From: Pseudovirgaria hyperparasitica
Taxonomy: Eukaryota
NCBI GenBank assembly: GCA_010093815.1
Contig: ML996581.1
Reading direction: 5' to 3' (one strand)
Length of the DNA: 64,000 nucleotides
In this document: one piece after another, positions 12,201 to 26,265 of the stretch
Numbering within the stretch: the first letter of the stretch is position 1
Layout of the letters: every line of letters starts with the position of its first letter
The notes under the pieces: model-generated
What the model was told of the DNA's origin: nothing
What the model saw: the letters and a program-made list of their open reading frames with translations, nothing else
The model's database searches: none
Position numbers and translations under genes: made by a program

Positions 12201-14501
12201 CTAATATACTCCGTAGCGAAGGTAAGGTTAAGCGTAGACCCGTCTTTATCCTATTTATATTTTTTCTATATAACTTATCCCATAGGTGTAAGTAGGTATA
12301 GAAAGTCGTGGTAGCGGGTACGTAGTTCCCTTACTCTAAGTTCTTCCCTAACTACGGCTAGGCCTCCCTACTATTAGTAGTAGAGGTTAAAGTCTTCTAG
12401 GAGGATGTGTTACCCTAGTTCCGTGGTACCCTCGAGTATCTTATCTAGTATAAGTATATATTATTAGTTATATATATTATATATATATAGGGGGCCTATA
12501 TCTATTTATAGGTGTAGTATTATCCTAAGGTTATCGCGCTTAGTATACGACCATAATAAGAGTAGTATTAACCTATAAATGTAGAAGAGGACTTATCTTT
12601 CTAGTCCTAGAGAGTGTATAGTATGGTATCCGGGGTGTATGGTTGGTTTACTCGTCTAGTAGTGTTTATAGGGTTCCTAGATAGCGAGTATTATAGCCCT
12701 AGTCTCTTCGAGGAGCGTCGCCTAGTTCTCTCTTTTATATTATATATTTACCTATATAATTCGGAGTATATTCTAGTCCCTTATTAGATACTAGGGAGTA
12801 TATATACCTATATACTTATTCCTTAGAGGCGCGACTGTCCTCGCGCGGTAGCGGCTTTAACTATACCTTTTAGTTGTCCTATCGTCTTTAGGATAGTCTA
12901 CTATCCCGCCTAACTACCTTCTAGAGGGGAGGTTAGGGGTATTATAAAGGAAGGGCTCGTGGTAGGTGTTATATTCTATAACTATCTCGTGTCTCTCGCT
13001 TTTATCATGCGAATGTATTCTATGACCTATTTACGTTTTATATACGTTAACGACCACGACGGGTATTTCCTATTATAGTTTAAATACTATACTATATCCC
13101 TGTTTCTTAGTCCGTCTCCTCGCGGTTTATAAGGGCACTTCTAGATAGCGTGGTCCCCACGGTACTATCCGCACTTAGTCTTCTATAAGCACCTTTATAT
13201 AGTATATCTATACCCTTAATAGTTGAAGCACTATATTATTACCTATGCTCTATCCTATAGCTCGGCTATAAGGAGCTCTCCTTCTATTAGGAATCCCTTC
13301 TATATAATGCGTTATATAAGGGCGGGGTCTTAGAGCTCTATAATTATAGTAGAGTGTTTTTTTGCCGTCGTCTTAATCGCCTATAGGTTCTTCTACTACG
13401 CTTTTATAATCTTAATCCCTAGGTATTTTTACGTGTTGGATTATTCTATACACGTAATATCCTCCGCTCCGATAGCCTATCCCTACACGGGTACTACGTG
13501 TACTATAATTAGGTATATAGCTACCCTAATAGACGCGCCGGGAAAGATACTACCTATCACGTTCGGATCTCGCGAGATGTTTTACTACGTAGTATTTATT
13601 ATAGTAGTAAGTACTACCCCACCTAGCGTAACTTTAGTAGCCACGACGCTCGACTACATTCCTTTCTATTCGTTAATCTTATTTATAATTTCCTTTAGGG
13701 ATGCCTATTAGACCTACGCTAGCGTGTCCTTATCCTAGATTACGACACGTATACTATATGCTCTATCTATGGTTCTAGTAGTCCTTAGTACGGTGGCTCC
13801 GGGTATTATTATAATCTAAGCCCACGTGTTAGGGCGCTTACCTTAGAATAGCTCTTTCTAGATTCTCCGTAGGCTGGCTTCTATTTAGTTGAGTCTACTA
13901 CTAGGTTTCTCTCGTGGCGACTTCCTTTCTTTCTCCGTGATTTCTCTTAGGTTCCGGATAAGGTCCCGGAATACATGAAGGAGGGTCTTCTTTCCCTCCT
14001 CGGCGTCTCTCTCTATATATATTACCTAGTATTTAATTTTATCTAGGAGGGTCTCCCCTCTCAGGGTCCCCTCGGTCTAGGTTATCTATAGCGCTTTACA
14101 CCCTTAGTTAGTTCCTATATTTTAGATAGGTGTCTAGCTATCCATATTAATGTCGCTATATGGCCGTTTCTACCGTACTAGTGGGGGTATATCCGGTATA
14201 TGCCGGGGTATTACGATACCTAAGGCCGCTATAGTTATTAGTTAAGGGTAGCCCTTAACTAATAAAAGGGGGTCGGCGTGTCGGCGTTTATTAGATATAG
14301 TCTATACTCGTGTTATCGAAGAGTCTTCGAGTATATATATATAGTATCTCTATACGTCGGTATTATCGTGTATTATACACTATACGTACGCACATATGTC
14401 GGAGGTTATTATACTTAGTATACTCTATTATTTAATGTATATAAATCGCTGTTTTACCCCGAATTAACTAGTTTAGTCCGTTAGAGTGTAAGAAGTTTTT
14501 T
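9221..14501 (-). mobile_element. RIP-mutated, apparently full-length Tad1-like LINE nested in element A
   Basis: 16-bp TSD GTTATTAATTATATAA at 9205-9220 and 14502-14517; (ATT)n 3' tail from 9221. ORF1 CCHC knuckles (~13150-13235). ORF2 APE motifs LAIQEP (~12675-12690), LLGDFNLHH (~12380-12405), SDH (~12150); RT motifs KAP.PDGI (~11435-11460), D...AFD (~11045-11070), GI..GS.ISPILF (~10850-10900), YAD(D) (~10790-10810); no RNase H seen. Confidence 0.93.
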
Positions 14502-16281
14502 GTTATTAATTATATAAGTAATCTTATATAGATCTATTATTATATAGTTAAGCTTCTTCTTTAGTCTAATACTATAAATATTCTTACTATTTAGTAAAAC
14601 TTTATCTCTAATATTAAAGATTATAGGTTTTCTACTCTTATTATAGTATAATTTACTATAATCTATAGTATCTTATAGTAACTTTATAATACTTCTTTAT
14701 ATTTAGAATAGTTCTATAATAATCTCTATTACTTTAATATTAGATTATTCTACTTTAAACTATATTTCTAAGAACTACGCCTTATAGTTCTAACTAAAGT
14801 TTACTTTAAATAGACTTATATAGATTAATATATATTAGCTATTATTATATATAAATTGTATAATATAGACTAACCTTATCTAATTATTATACTTATAGTT
14901 ATAATATATATATAAATATACCTTAACTATCTAATTCTACTACTCTATCTATCTATCTATTTATAGATAGAATATAATACTAAGTTTCTACTTAATTCCT
15001 AGTATATAGTAGAAATCCTTCTAAAATTTAGATATTATCTATAGATCTCTATCTAAAACTATATTATTTAGTATACTATAGAGCTAAACTATATTATAGA
15101 GTAGTATATCTATAAGATCTAATACTTAGATTATCTTTCTTATAGAGATATAGTATAATATCTTTATAAATCTATCTAGAACTATAAGTAAACTATTATA
15201 AATATATCTAAAATACTTACTTAGGGGTAGATCTATAATAAAATCTATTAATAATTTCTTCTATATCTTCTTTAGTATAGATAATAGTCTTAATTTACTA
15301 TATAGTAAGTATCTATATACTTTTATATACTAGTAAATATTATATATTTCTATATAGTTCTTTATATATTTATAAAGATCTAGCTAGTTATATATTCTTT
15401 AAATTAAATTAACTATTCTTATAATACTAAAGTATTCTACTAATATATAATTATACTATTCCCTTAAAATATTAATCTATAAGCTATCTTCTAGTATATA
15501 GAGTTAGTCTTAGAAATATATTATATCTAATTATTATTTTTATCTTAATAACTATAGCGGATCTATAGCGCTTTCTTTTATACTTATAACTTTCTTTACT
15601 AATATATTAGAATTCTAGATAGATTTAATTAAGTCTTTAAGGGTTTTCTTAGTTTCTTAGATATTTATTTAGATTACTTAATACCTACTCTAATTTCTAT
15701 AGAGAATTACTAAAAGTATTCTAGCTTCTAGTATTCTATTAGATAACTAGTCTTATAGTATCTATAGTATAGTATAGTCTAAATTATACTAACTATCTAT
15801 ATTATTCTATAATAATTTCTTATAATCTTTACGCTATAATAGAGGATTAGCTTTATTCTCTCTTCTAGCTGTATATACGATTTTAAAGTTAAATATTAAT
15901 ATCTACTTAGCCTAGTATACTTATTAGTAATTAAGAACTTTAGTTAATATAAAGTAATATAGATTTATATAATCTAATAATAATTTAATCTAATATATAG
16001 AATCTTCTAAATAATATTACTATTACTTAAAACTCTTAATAATTATAAGTAGTTTCTAGTTATATATATTATAATATATCTCTATATCTACTATTTTATA
16101 GAAAAAGAAGATAACTAGATACTATTATATCTTATCTTTTATATCTTTATATAGTTAACTACTAATTCTAGTAATTATAAATTCTAATATATTAGTTTCA
16201 ACCTAAATATACTTCTTAGAATTAAAATACCTAAGAATTAGTATAGTTATAAAGTAATTCTTTAATAATTAGAATATATCT

Positions 16282-16861
16282 NNNNNNNNNNNNNNNNNNN
16301 NNNNNNNNNNNNNNNNNNNNNNNNNNNNNNNNNNNNNNNNNNNNNNNNNNNNNNNNNNNNNNNNNNNNNNNNNNNNNNNNNNNNNNNNNNNNNNNNNNNN
16401 NNNNNNNNNNNNNNNNNNNNNNNNNNNNNNNNNNNNNNNNNNNNNNNNNNNNNNNNNNNNNNNNNNNNNNNNNNNNNNNNNNNNNNNNNNNNNNNNNNNN
16501 NNNNNNNNNNNNNNNNNNNNNNNNNNNNNNNNNNNNNNNNNNNNNNNNNNNNNNNNNNNNNNNNNNNNNNNNNNNNNNNNNNNNNNNNNNNNNNNNNNNN
16601 NNNNNNNNNNNNNNNNNNNNNNNNNNNNNNNNNNNNNNNNNNNNNNNNNNNNNNNNNNNNNNNNNNNNNNNNNNNNNNNNNNNNNNNNNNNNNNNNNNNN
16701 NNNNNNNNNNNNNNNNNNNNNNNNNNNNNNNNNNNNNNNNNNNNNNNNNNNNNNNNNNNNNNNNNNNNNNNNNNNNNNNNNNNNNNNNNNNNNNNNNNNN
16801 NNNNNNNNNNNNNNNNNNNNNNNNNNNNNNNNNNNNNNNNNNNNNNNNNNNNNNNNNNNNN
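16282..16861. other. Assembly gap (580 N) inside the RT region of element A
   Basis: Run of N. Confidence 1.
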
Positions 16862-18254
16862 TATCTAATAGTTAATATATAGATATAAACTTCTATCTTT
16901 CTTCTTTATAAAGAGAATAGATATACTAGCTAATAATATACTATAATATATCTAGTCTCTTCTAAGGTATTCTTTAATATATTTATAAAGAACTTTAAGT
17001 TCTAGTCTTAAAAGTAGATAAAGTAGACTATAAGGGATGTCTACTCTCTCTTTAAGCTTAATCTTTAGCTTATATAGTCTATAATTAGAGAGAAGTAATA
17101 TATCTTCTACCGAAAATATATCTATATACTATAAATATATATTAGATAGTATATCTTTACTCTAATTATTACTATTATCCTTATCTTTATTAATAATTAA
17201 TAAGAATATAAGATAGATTAGTAATAATTAGATCTATATAGTAAGATTCTATATCTTCTTACTAACAGTTATAACTTACTAGTATAATTTACTATAATAT
17301 TAATAGAATATTAATATTTTCTTCTAAAAATTAAGAATAGAGTTTAGATATTTAAGCTAAGGTATCTCTAGAATTATATTCTATTAGCTAATATTAGCTA
17401 TAATAAATTTATTAGATATCTACTATTTTATTATCTTTAAGTTATAAACTTTATAATTTATTATAGCTTTATCTAAAGTTCTAACTTTATATCTATTAAC
17501 TATAATAGTTTAGCTAACCTTACTAAGATTATATAATAATCTATACTCCTTTATAAGAATTAATAAAATATAGTTATCTTCTATACTAGTATCTATAAGG
17601 GCCTATATAGTTTTATTACTATTTACTATAGATAATAATACTTTTAGTAATATTAGGTCTTTACTTACTAGAAGACGCTATAGCTTCTTCTAAGTATATA
17701 TAATTTAGCTAAGAATATAATTAGATCTTATATACTAGTCTATTCTTTTTTTAGATTCTTATAGTTAGATAAAATATATTCTATTTCTCTATACTTATAG
17801 TAATAAAGTATACTATAATCCTACTATTTTATAATAGATATTATATTTAAATCTATATCTTATTCTTTTCTATATTAAGAAGTACTATCTTAATTATTTT
17901 AGTATTCTCTTAATATATTTCTACTCTAATTTATACTCTTCTAGTACTAATTATAGTAAGATTACTCTTAATTAAATATATTTAATTAATCTTATTTCTA
18001 ATCTATATAGAGTTTATTAGTTTTATCTAGAGAGCTATATTTCTTAAGGATATAATAGTATTTATTAGCTTTCTTCTCTAATTTATATAGATAGTTAAAA
18101 TCTAATAATACTATTTCTAGTCTTTTATAGATTAACGGAAGTAGTACTTTATAAAACTAGAATATATAAATATTTTTCTATAGCGTAGAGATATTATTCT
18201 ATAGGTTTTATAGGTATTATAGTAGTTAAGTAGATATCTAGTTCGGTTATTATA

Positions 18255-18494
18255 TATAAGAATTATAGACATAGGATAGTAGTCTAATAGATTATAGAAG
18301 GATTTAGAAATATATTTAAAAGAGTAGTCTACTCTTATAATAAGGTTAATTTCTAAAGAGTAGGAATTAAGTATATATAGTCTACTTATATAGTAGTCTC
18401 GCTTAATCTAGCTAACTTAACCTAGGTCTACCTATTACGGACCGTACTAGACTATAGTAGTCTAGTTAAGTCTACCCTAGTATTAGCCCTAATA
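18255..18494 (-). repeat. 3' LTR of element B
   Basis: Direct repeat of 26026-26265 differing by a few transitions. Confidence 0.93.
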
Positions 18495-21400
18495 ATATTC
18501 TTCTTCTTTTTATACTTCGCTCTAAAGTACTTAGCTATATATAAATCTATAATTCTATAAGCGTTATATTTATATACGTATCTAATTAAATCTATATAAT
18601 ATTATTAATAGTCTTTATATTAGTAAACTTAAACTTTAGTTTACTTTTATTTATATACGCGCTTATCTCTTACTTTCTAGCTACTATCTTAGAGATAGCT
18701 CCGCGGGTTATATAACTATTATATTAATTAAGCTTATATTTAGTTCTCTTATTCTAAATTTTCTTCTTTAGTATATCTACCTTACTCTTAAGATAAGTTA
18801 TTAATTTATATACTATCTCCTTTAGTTTAGATCTATTTAGATCTAGAGTAGTCTATTCTTATTAGAGCTAGTCCTATATAATCTATTTATATTATTATAG
18901 TTACTAATTTAGCTTCTTTAATCGCCTTTAAGACTAAGCGAGTATTCTACTCTTAGATCTCTAGCTAATATATATATATAGATATCTAATACTAGTTCTA
19001 TTTCTAAGCCTACCTTCTTCTCTTATAAGACTTACTCTAAAGGAATTACCTCTACCCCGGCTATACTAGCTAAAAAATCTACTTATTATAGTAGTATAAA
19101 GGCGCGCTCTAAGTTAGAGAAGAAGATAGCTAAGACTACTACTACTATTACTACTAATATAGCTACTAGTTACTCTAATCTAGATAATTCTAGTACTAGT
19201 ATTACGGAAGAGATAGCTATAAAGCCTATCTATATCTACTTATACTATCTATCTACTCTATCTTCTTTAGAGAATAAAGAAGATCTTATTATAGATAATA
19301 ATTAAGAGTTTATACCTTTACCGCCCCGCTCTAAATACTATTTCTCTTTTTAGTCTAATATAGACTAACTTAGTTACTCTAGATTCTTTTAGAACCTTAA
19401 TATTTACTTTAAACCTAGCCCTAGTAATAATAAGGCCTAGATTACTAAAGATACTAAATATAGTCACGGTTTACGCTATAGGAAAATAGTAAACTATAGT
19501 TTAATATACTTTAAGTATATTAAGGCTTATATGACTAGCTCTAAATATCTCTTCCGCTCTAACTCTAGTATTAGCTACTACTCTACTAACTATAATAGAT
19601 CTATATATCTAATCTTTAAGCTCTCTACCCGCTACTACTACTATACTATTCTTAGTAAAGTTTATCTTTAGATAAGTCTATTAGGCTATTTTAGTCTAGA
19701 GTAATCTAAAGTTATCTATACTAATATATTTTTAGGTTTCTATTTATATATAAAATATATATAATAATCTTCGTGTCTATAAGACTCTTAGTAGTTCTAG
19801 TAGTTATCTAGCTTCTATATATAGAGAGTTTAGGGAGCGCTATAAGCTCTTTCTAGAGGTTATTAAAATATAAGTTTAGAAACTATTAATTACTATTAAC
19901 CTTAGCTTATAATTTTTAGTTACTATAAGATTTCTAGTATCTAGACTACCTATTCTAGGAAGTTAGTTTTAGCTACTAAGGCCGTAGAAGAGATTTATAG
20001 TATCTCTTTCTATCTAACTTATACTACTAACGGGTCTTATAAGAGATCTACTAGTTCTCCTTCTAAGTTACCTTATAAGAGAGTATATATTCTATTCTAG
20101 ATTATTCTAGATTATATTAGCTAACTTTAGATCTAGTCGCTCTACTCTAGCGTGTAGTTCTCCTTCTACTAGACTCTAGTTAATTAGATATCTACTCTAG
20201 AGGATAAGATATCTAACCTCTACCGCTATATTATCTATCTAGATTAGTTAATTTACTCTAAAGAGGAGGATAAGATAGAGGAGTAGCTCTATAGCTCTAT
20301 TTACTAGGGTTTCTATATAGTATATATTAGCTCTATCTACCTAGTTTCTATCTATTTTAGTCCTTTTTAGACCGTTTAGATACCTATTTACTAGTTCTCT
20401 AGTAATTTAATTCTTAACTTAATAATATTATATACGCTCCTATTTATTCTATAACTATTAAATTTTAGGTTCTAATTTCCTTTAAGTTACTTAAGTATAG
20501 GTATTATATATAAATTAGTTTATCTCTCTAAATTATATTAGAGCACCCAAACTAGTAGTCTAGTAGTTATTAGTTCGGGTACTCTAACCTTTTATATTAT
20601 ATATTACGAGTTTAATTCCGTAGTAGAGTACCTTTTTAGTTTCTTAGTCCTATATTCTTCTCATATATAATAGTCTATATTAGTCTATTCTAGACTTCTC
20701 TATATTATTCTATTATAATATATCGCGTCGCGTGCCTATAACGGTTATTTACGTTTTCTTCGCGTTTAGTAACCGTGTATTACTTGAATTATAGGGCTAC
20801 CTTATAGAGTTTTCCTAGTATATATTTAGGATTCGTAATTTAATACTTCGTTCTCTACGGTATCCTTCTTCTTTTTATAACGGCTCTAACGGCGCTAGGT
20901 TTACGGTAGTAATATATTATTCTATAACCTCTATTTATATATAGATATTACGGTACTTAAGATATATACTATAGGTTTCTAGGTATCCTTATCCTTAGTA
21001 TAGTTCTTCTAGTAGATTTAATACTTCTAGATACTATTCTTATTAAGTCTATATTCGATAATATAGTCTACTTTATATACGTCTAGTCTATCTTAGAGTA
21101 TAATAGAGTATAATTATATATTTATATAATTATATACGTTAGATCGAAACCTTTTAAGTAATAAGATATAGAATATATTATAGACTTTTATATCGTTTCC
21201 TAGATTAAGCTTATAGACTCTTATACTAATATAGTATTTAATTTAGAAGGGACTAGCTATTTTATAGTTAAGCTTTTTATTTACTTATAATATCTATATA
21301 TTATAGATATTAAGAAGGACTTCGTCTCTCTTCTTATATATTTAATCTTTAACTAATCTATTATAGTACTTTATATATAACTTATTTACTTACTAGATTA

Positions 21401-24400
21401 TTATACGATAGTTATATACGGTTTTAAAGATTTTAATCGCTAGTTTCTACGCGTGGACGTTAATATCTATTATTTAGTTAAACTAGACCGTATAAGGTTT
21501 AAAACCTATCCTTAGACTATATTCTAGATTTATCTAGAAGGGCGTAATATCTATTATACTATAACGACTATTATTATATACGAATTCTACTATACTTAGT
21601 AGAGAGGCCTAGTTATCTTATTCGAAATTATAGAATATACGAAGATAGACCTTAAGTGTTTAGTTCTATTACTCTATCTAACTATCTATTTATAGATAGA
21701 ATACTATTAATATATTCCTATTTATACCGGCTATTTTATAGAATAACGTCTAGAATTTAGACGTGAATATACTCCCTTAGTCTATAATAATCCTTTTTAG
21801 TATACTATAGACCTTAATAATCTTATTCTAGAATACTTATACTAGTTCTTTTAATATAATTATCTTCTATATAGAGATATACCTAGATATCTTTATAAGT
21901 CTATCTATAATAATAAGAATTAAATTATAACTTATTCTAAGTATCTTACTTAGAGGTAAGTTAACTATAAAATCTATAATAATATCTTTCTATATAAAGA
22001 GAGGGACTAGTAGAGACTATAAATTTCTATGTAGCTTATACCTAGATACCTTTATTCTTTAATAAATTAGATAAGTAGCTATCTATTCTTTAATATACTT
22101 AGGTATATCGTTCTAAAAGTAGTACTAATAAATCGAGCTTAGGGTATATATATACCCGAAATATTCTACTAGGTTAGTATTATAGTATCGGCTAACTATA
22201 GTAAATTATATATTATCTATTAGTATATAGTACTTTCTATTATAGTAGAGTAAGCCGTCTATAAAGGTCTACTTATAGTCTACTTTAGTCCGTAATAACC
22301 TATCTTACTATATTTTATATAACTTTAAAACTATTAGGTCTATCTTTTATAGATTTATAATTAACTAGGTAAGATCTACTTAATATATATACTAGGTACT
22401 ATCGCCCTTTCTAATAGTACTAATAAATAGCTCGCTAGAGACTTCGGTACTATATCTTTAGTTACTAGCTTTAGTCTTATAAATTTAATTACTAGTATTA
22501 GTATTAGTATCTTACTAATTATTAGATAACTTATTATCTAACCTTATCCTTAAGAGTTAGATCTATAGCTACTCTAGAATTCTATAGCTACTATAATTCT
22601 AGGCGCCTTCTTTATAGTTAGGTCTTCTTAATATTCTATTAGCTAGGTTTATACTTCTAGATTGATAGTAGATTATAAAGTAGAAATTTATAAGCTACTT
22701 AGCCTATTAAACCTATTAATGATTTAAAACTATTATACTTATAAACTCCTTTAAGTTATAGTAATTAGTTAGTAACTTAACGTTATATATAGTACCTTTA
22801 AGATAATATTACTACTACTTAAACGACTCTACTATTACTAGTAGCTCTTAGTTATAAATAGTATATCTAGTCTTAATATTAGCTATCTTACGTAAGAAGA
22901 ACGTAACTAGATACTATTAGACCTTTTTAGACTCTATTAGTCTAGGCTAGAAGAGTATATCTAAGATTATAAATTCTAATATATTAGTTTTAACGTAAAT
23001 AGATTTAGTTAGATTAAAGTATACTAGTAATAGAGTAGTTATAAATATCTCTTTAATTTTCTTAAAGGATATTCTTTTAATCTCTATTAATTTAATAGAT
23101 TACGACTTAATATTATACTATTTCTATCTACTATAGACTATAATAGATAAATTAGTAGTAGTAGTATATATATTAAGTAGTATAGCTAGATAGAAGAAGT
23201 ATTTAATAAATTTTTAATAGTAGTTAGCGAAGCTAATAAAGATATATATATCTTAGATAGATTTTAGTTTAGGCTATTCTATAATAGTAGTAACCCTATC
23301 TCTCTCTATAATTATATCTTAGTTAGTAATAATAAAGCTAAGAAAGTTAATATAGTTCTAATAGAACTTATATTTGGATAGCTTAATATATAGCTTATAC
23401 TTTTCTAGTCTATCTAAGACTATATATATATACTAGATATACTCCTTCTTATTATCTAAGAAGATAAGAATATTATCTAGGTATACGATATATATCATGT
23501 CGAGTAGATCTACTAGCGCGTTATTAATATATACTTAGAAGGTACCTAGTATATTAGTTAGTCTAAAAGAGACTATAGTATACTTAAAGTATCTATAATA
23601 GATTCTAAAAGCCGTTTTCTATTTCTTACCCTCCTTAATATAAAAGTAATAGTAGATATTATATAGATTAAGCTTAGTAAAGATCTTTATATGTTCTAGT
23701 CTATTAATAGACTTAGAGATAAGAGGTAGTAGATAATAATTCTTTTATATAATATTATTTAGACTATAGTAGTTAATATATAGATAGAGGCTTCTATTCT
23801 TCTTCTTTATAAAGAGAATTAGAGCTCTAGCTAGAGATATACTAGATCTAATCTATTCTCGCGTAAGGTTCTTTTTAATATATTCTTAAAGGACTTATAA
23901 TTTAGGTTCTAAAAGAGAGTAGATAGGTCTATATAGAGGTTACTAGCTATCTTTAAGATTAATAGTAAGGTTAGTAGATTAGTATTAAGGTAGTTTAGAG
24001 GAATTAATTACTAATATAATATATTAGTATATTTTATACTAATATAGTAGGTTTTCATCTACTTTAATACTAAGCTTACTATTTTAGATAAGTAAGAGTA
24101 TATAGATAGTAGAAATTACCTTCTTATAATCTTTATAGAATTATTTATTATTAATAAGCTATACTAGTTTCTATTAAGGTAGGTTTATACGCTAGCTAGC
24201 TATTTTCTTAAGGAAGTCTAGTTTTAGATTATATTTCTTAAGCTATAGTATACCTAGAATTATATTAAAGGGACTATCTACTATAATAAAGGTTAAATAG
24301 TAGGGTTTCTATTTCCCTCCGCTATCCTAGATACTATATTTAATAGTATAGATACTATATAACTTAATAGAACTATCGATACTATAGAATATAGTATCTA

Positions 24401-26025
24401 TTAGAGCTTAGATATTAATACTAAGTTCTTATACTTATTAAGTTAATATAATATTAGTAGCTAAACTACTATTAAGTATTATAGTCTAATATTATCTATA
24501 AGGGACCTTAATAGGTCTAGTCTATAGTTTAATATACTATTTAACTAGTTATCTCTCTATTATAGTCACGTCTATAAGTTATAAGGGTTTCTTATAGACT
24601 ATTAGTTTTTTATATTCTATACTAGGTAGTTAGACGCGATATATTCTAGCTATTAGTACTTATAATATATAACTAATTAGTTAGTTATATTAGTACTTAG
24701 TAGTTTTTCTAAGTAGTACTTAGGTACTATATATTCTATTCTACTATAGATATAGTAAGTAACTTTAGGTTATTTATGTAAGTTAGTTCTTATATCTTAA
24801 GATATTAATTAGTAGAGAGACCTACGATATAGTCCTCGTGGTTTTAAATTTAAGATATAGTAGTAGTCTTATAATATACCGCGAGATCTATTACTAAATT
24901 AGTTTTAGTTAGATAATTTTATATTAGATTAGATTATTAGGGATAGTTATATACTAGCACGGCGTTAATTATTTATTATATACTAGTATTACTCTATAAG
25001 GTTTATAAGAGCTTAGAGATCTATAGAAATTATTATTATAAGATTAAGATAGTTCTTTATATTTAGGGTAAGAGACTATTTAAAGTTATTATACTATTAA
25101 ATTATATAATCTTCTTAAGCTTCTCTCTAGAGAGGCTAAAGGTATTTAAGAAGTTATAATAGTAACTAATTATCTTATTATCGAGTCTTAAAGATATAGC
25201 CCTAGGCCTAGTCATATTATTTAGCTCTATTACTAAAATATTAGAGAAGAAATTTAGTAAACATATCCTAGTTATAGATATTCTTAGAATATTTAATTTA
25301 GTATACTATCTAATGTTCTAAAGGCGTTAGATTAAGGTAGTTCTAGATAAATCTAATTTTATTACTATCGTTTATAAATAGATAGAAGAATTAGCTATAT
25401 TAATAAGTCTATATATAGAAACTCTTTCTACTTTTACTATTAAAGTAAGATAGTTTCTTAGGTCGAGGTAATTAGGATAGTAGTAGACTAGAATAGACCG
25501 TTTTAGTTAGTATAGGTCTATATAAATATAGATTAGTTATTACTAGAACTAAAGCGTATAATATAGCTTTAAGTCTTATAGTATATCCTTAAGCTTTATT
25601 AAGTTTATATAGTTATTACTTAAGTTAAATCTATTATTATCTCTCTTTATATAGTCTAGTATATATATTATTATAAGGTATAGTTAATATTAGATAATTC
25701 TAATAGATTAACTTATTAACGTTAATAAGGTCTAGCCTTATATTAAGGTTAGATCTAGTATAGTTTAAACTAGACCGGGATAGAGTATAATAGACTCTAT
25801 TCTTATATTCTATAATATCTTCTATAGTTATATAGAATATTATATAAGTTATTAGTATAATAGTCTATAAGGTATAGTTATTAGTAGAGGTAGTTATAGA
25901 TAGACTATTCTCCTTATTTAGGTTAGAAGAAGGTCTACTATAAGAGGCGGTACTATAAGTATTATAATAAGCAGTTAGAGCTATTTCTATAAACTACCGT
26001 CGTGCTATATAAAGAGAAATTAAAA

Positions 26026-26265
26026 TATAAGGATTATAGATATAGAATAGTAGTCTAATAGATTATAGAAGGATTTAGAAATATATTTAAAAGAGTAGTC
26101 TACTCTTATAATAAGGTTAATTTCTAAAGAGTAGAAATTAAGTATATATAGTCTACTTATATAGTAGTCTCACTTAATCTAGCTAACTTAACCTAGGTCC
26201 ACCTATTACGGACCGTACTAGACCATAGTAGTCTAGTTAAGTCTACCCTAGTGTTAGCCCTAATA
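26026..26265 (-). repeat. 5' LTR of element B
   Basis: Direct repeat of 18255-18494. Confidence 0.93.

Larger units (their letters stand above)
18255..26265 (-). mobile_element. Element B: RIP-inactivated Ty3/gypsy chromovirus (8011 bp) nested in the gag region of A
   Basis: 240-bp LTRs at 18255-18494 and 26026-26265; TSD TTATA at 18250-18254 and 26266-26270; PPT-like tract next to 18495. De-RIP motifs [21 protein letters not shown] (~23770-23830), IVYLD(D)ILIF (~23460-23490), chromodomain YEVD.I..H..W.NY..EDTWEP (~20970-21080). Confidence 0.93.

Noticed and set aside
13433..13711. 92-aa + strand ORF in the AT-rich block
   Set aside because: Antisense to the LINE ORF1 relic; chance opening in RIP-mutated DNA.
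9458..14265. Interpreting the paired hairpins as TIRs of a DNA transposon
   Set aside because: They lie about 240 bp inside boundaries defined by a 16-bp TSD and an (ATT)n tail, have no TSD of their own, and enclose APE/RT rather than transposase motifs.
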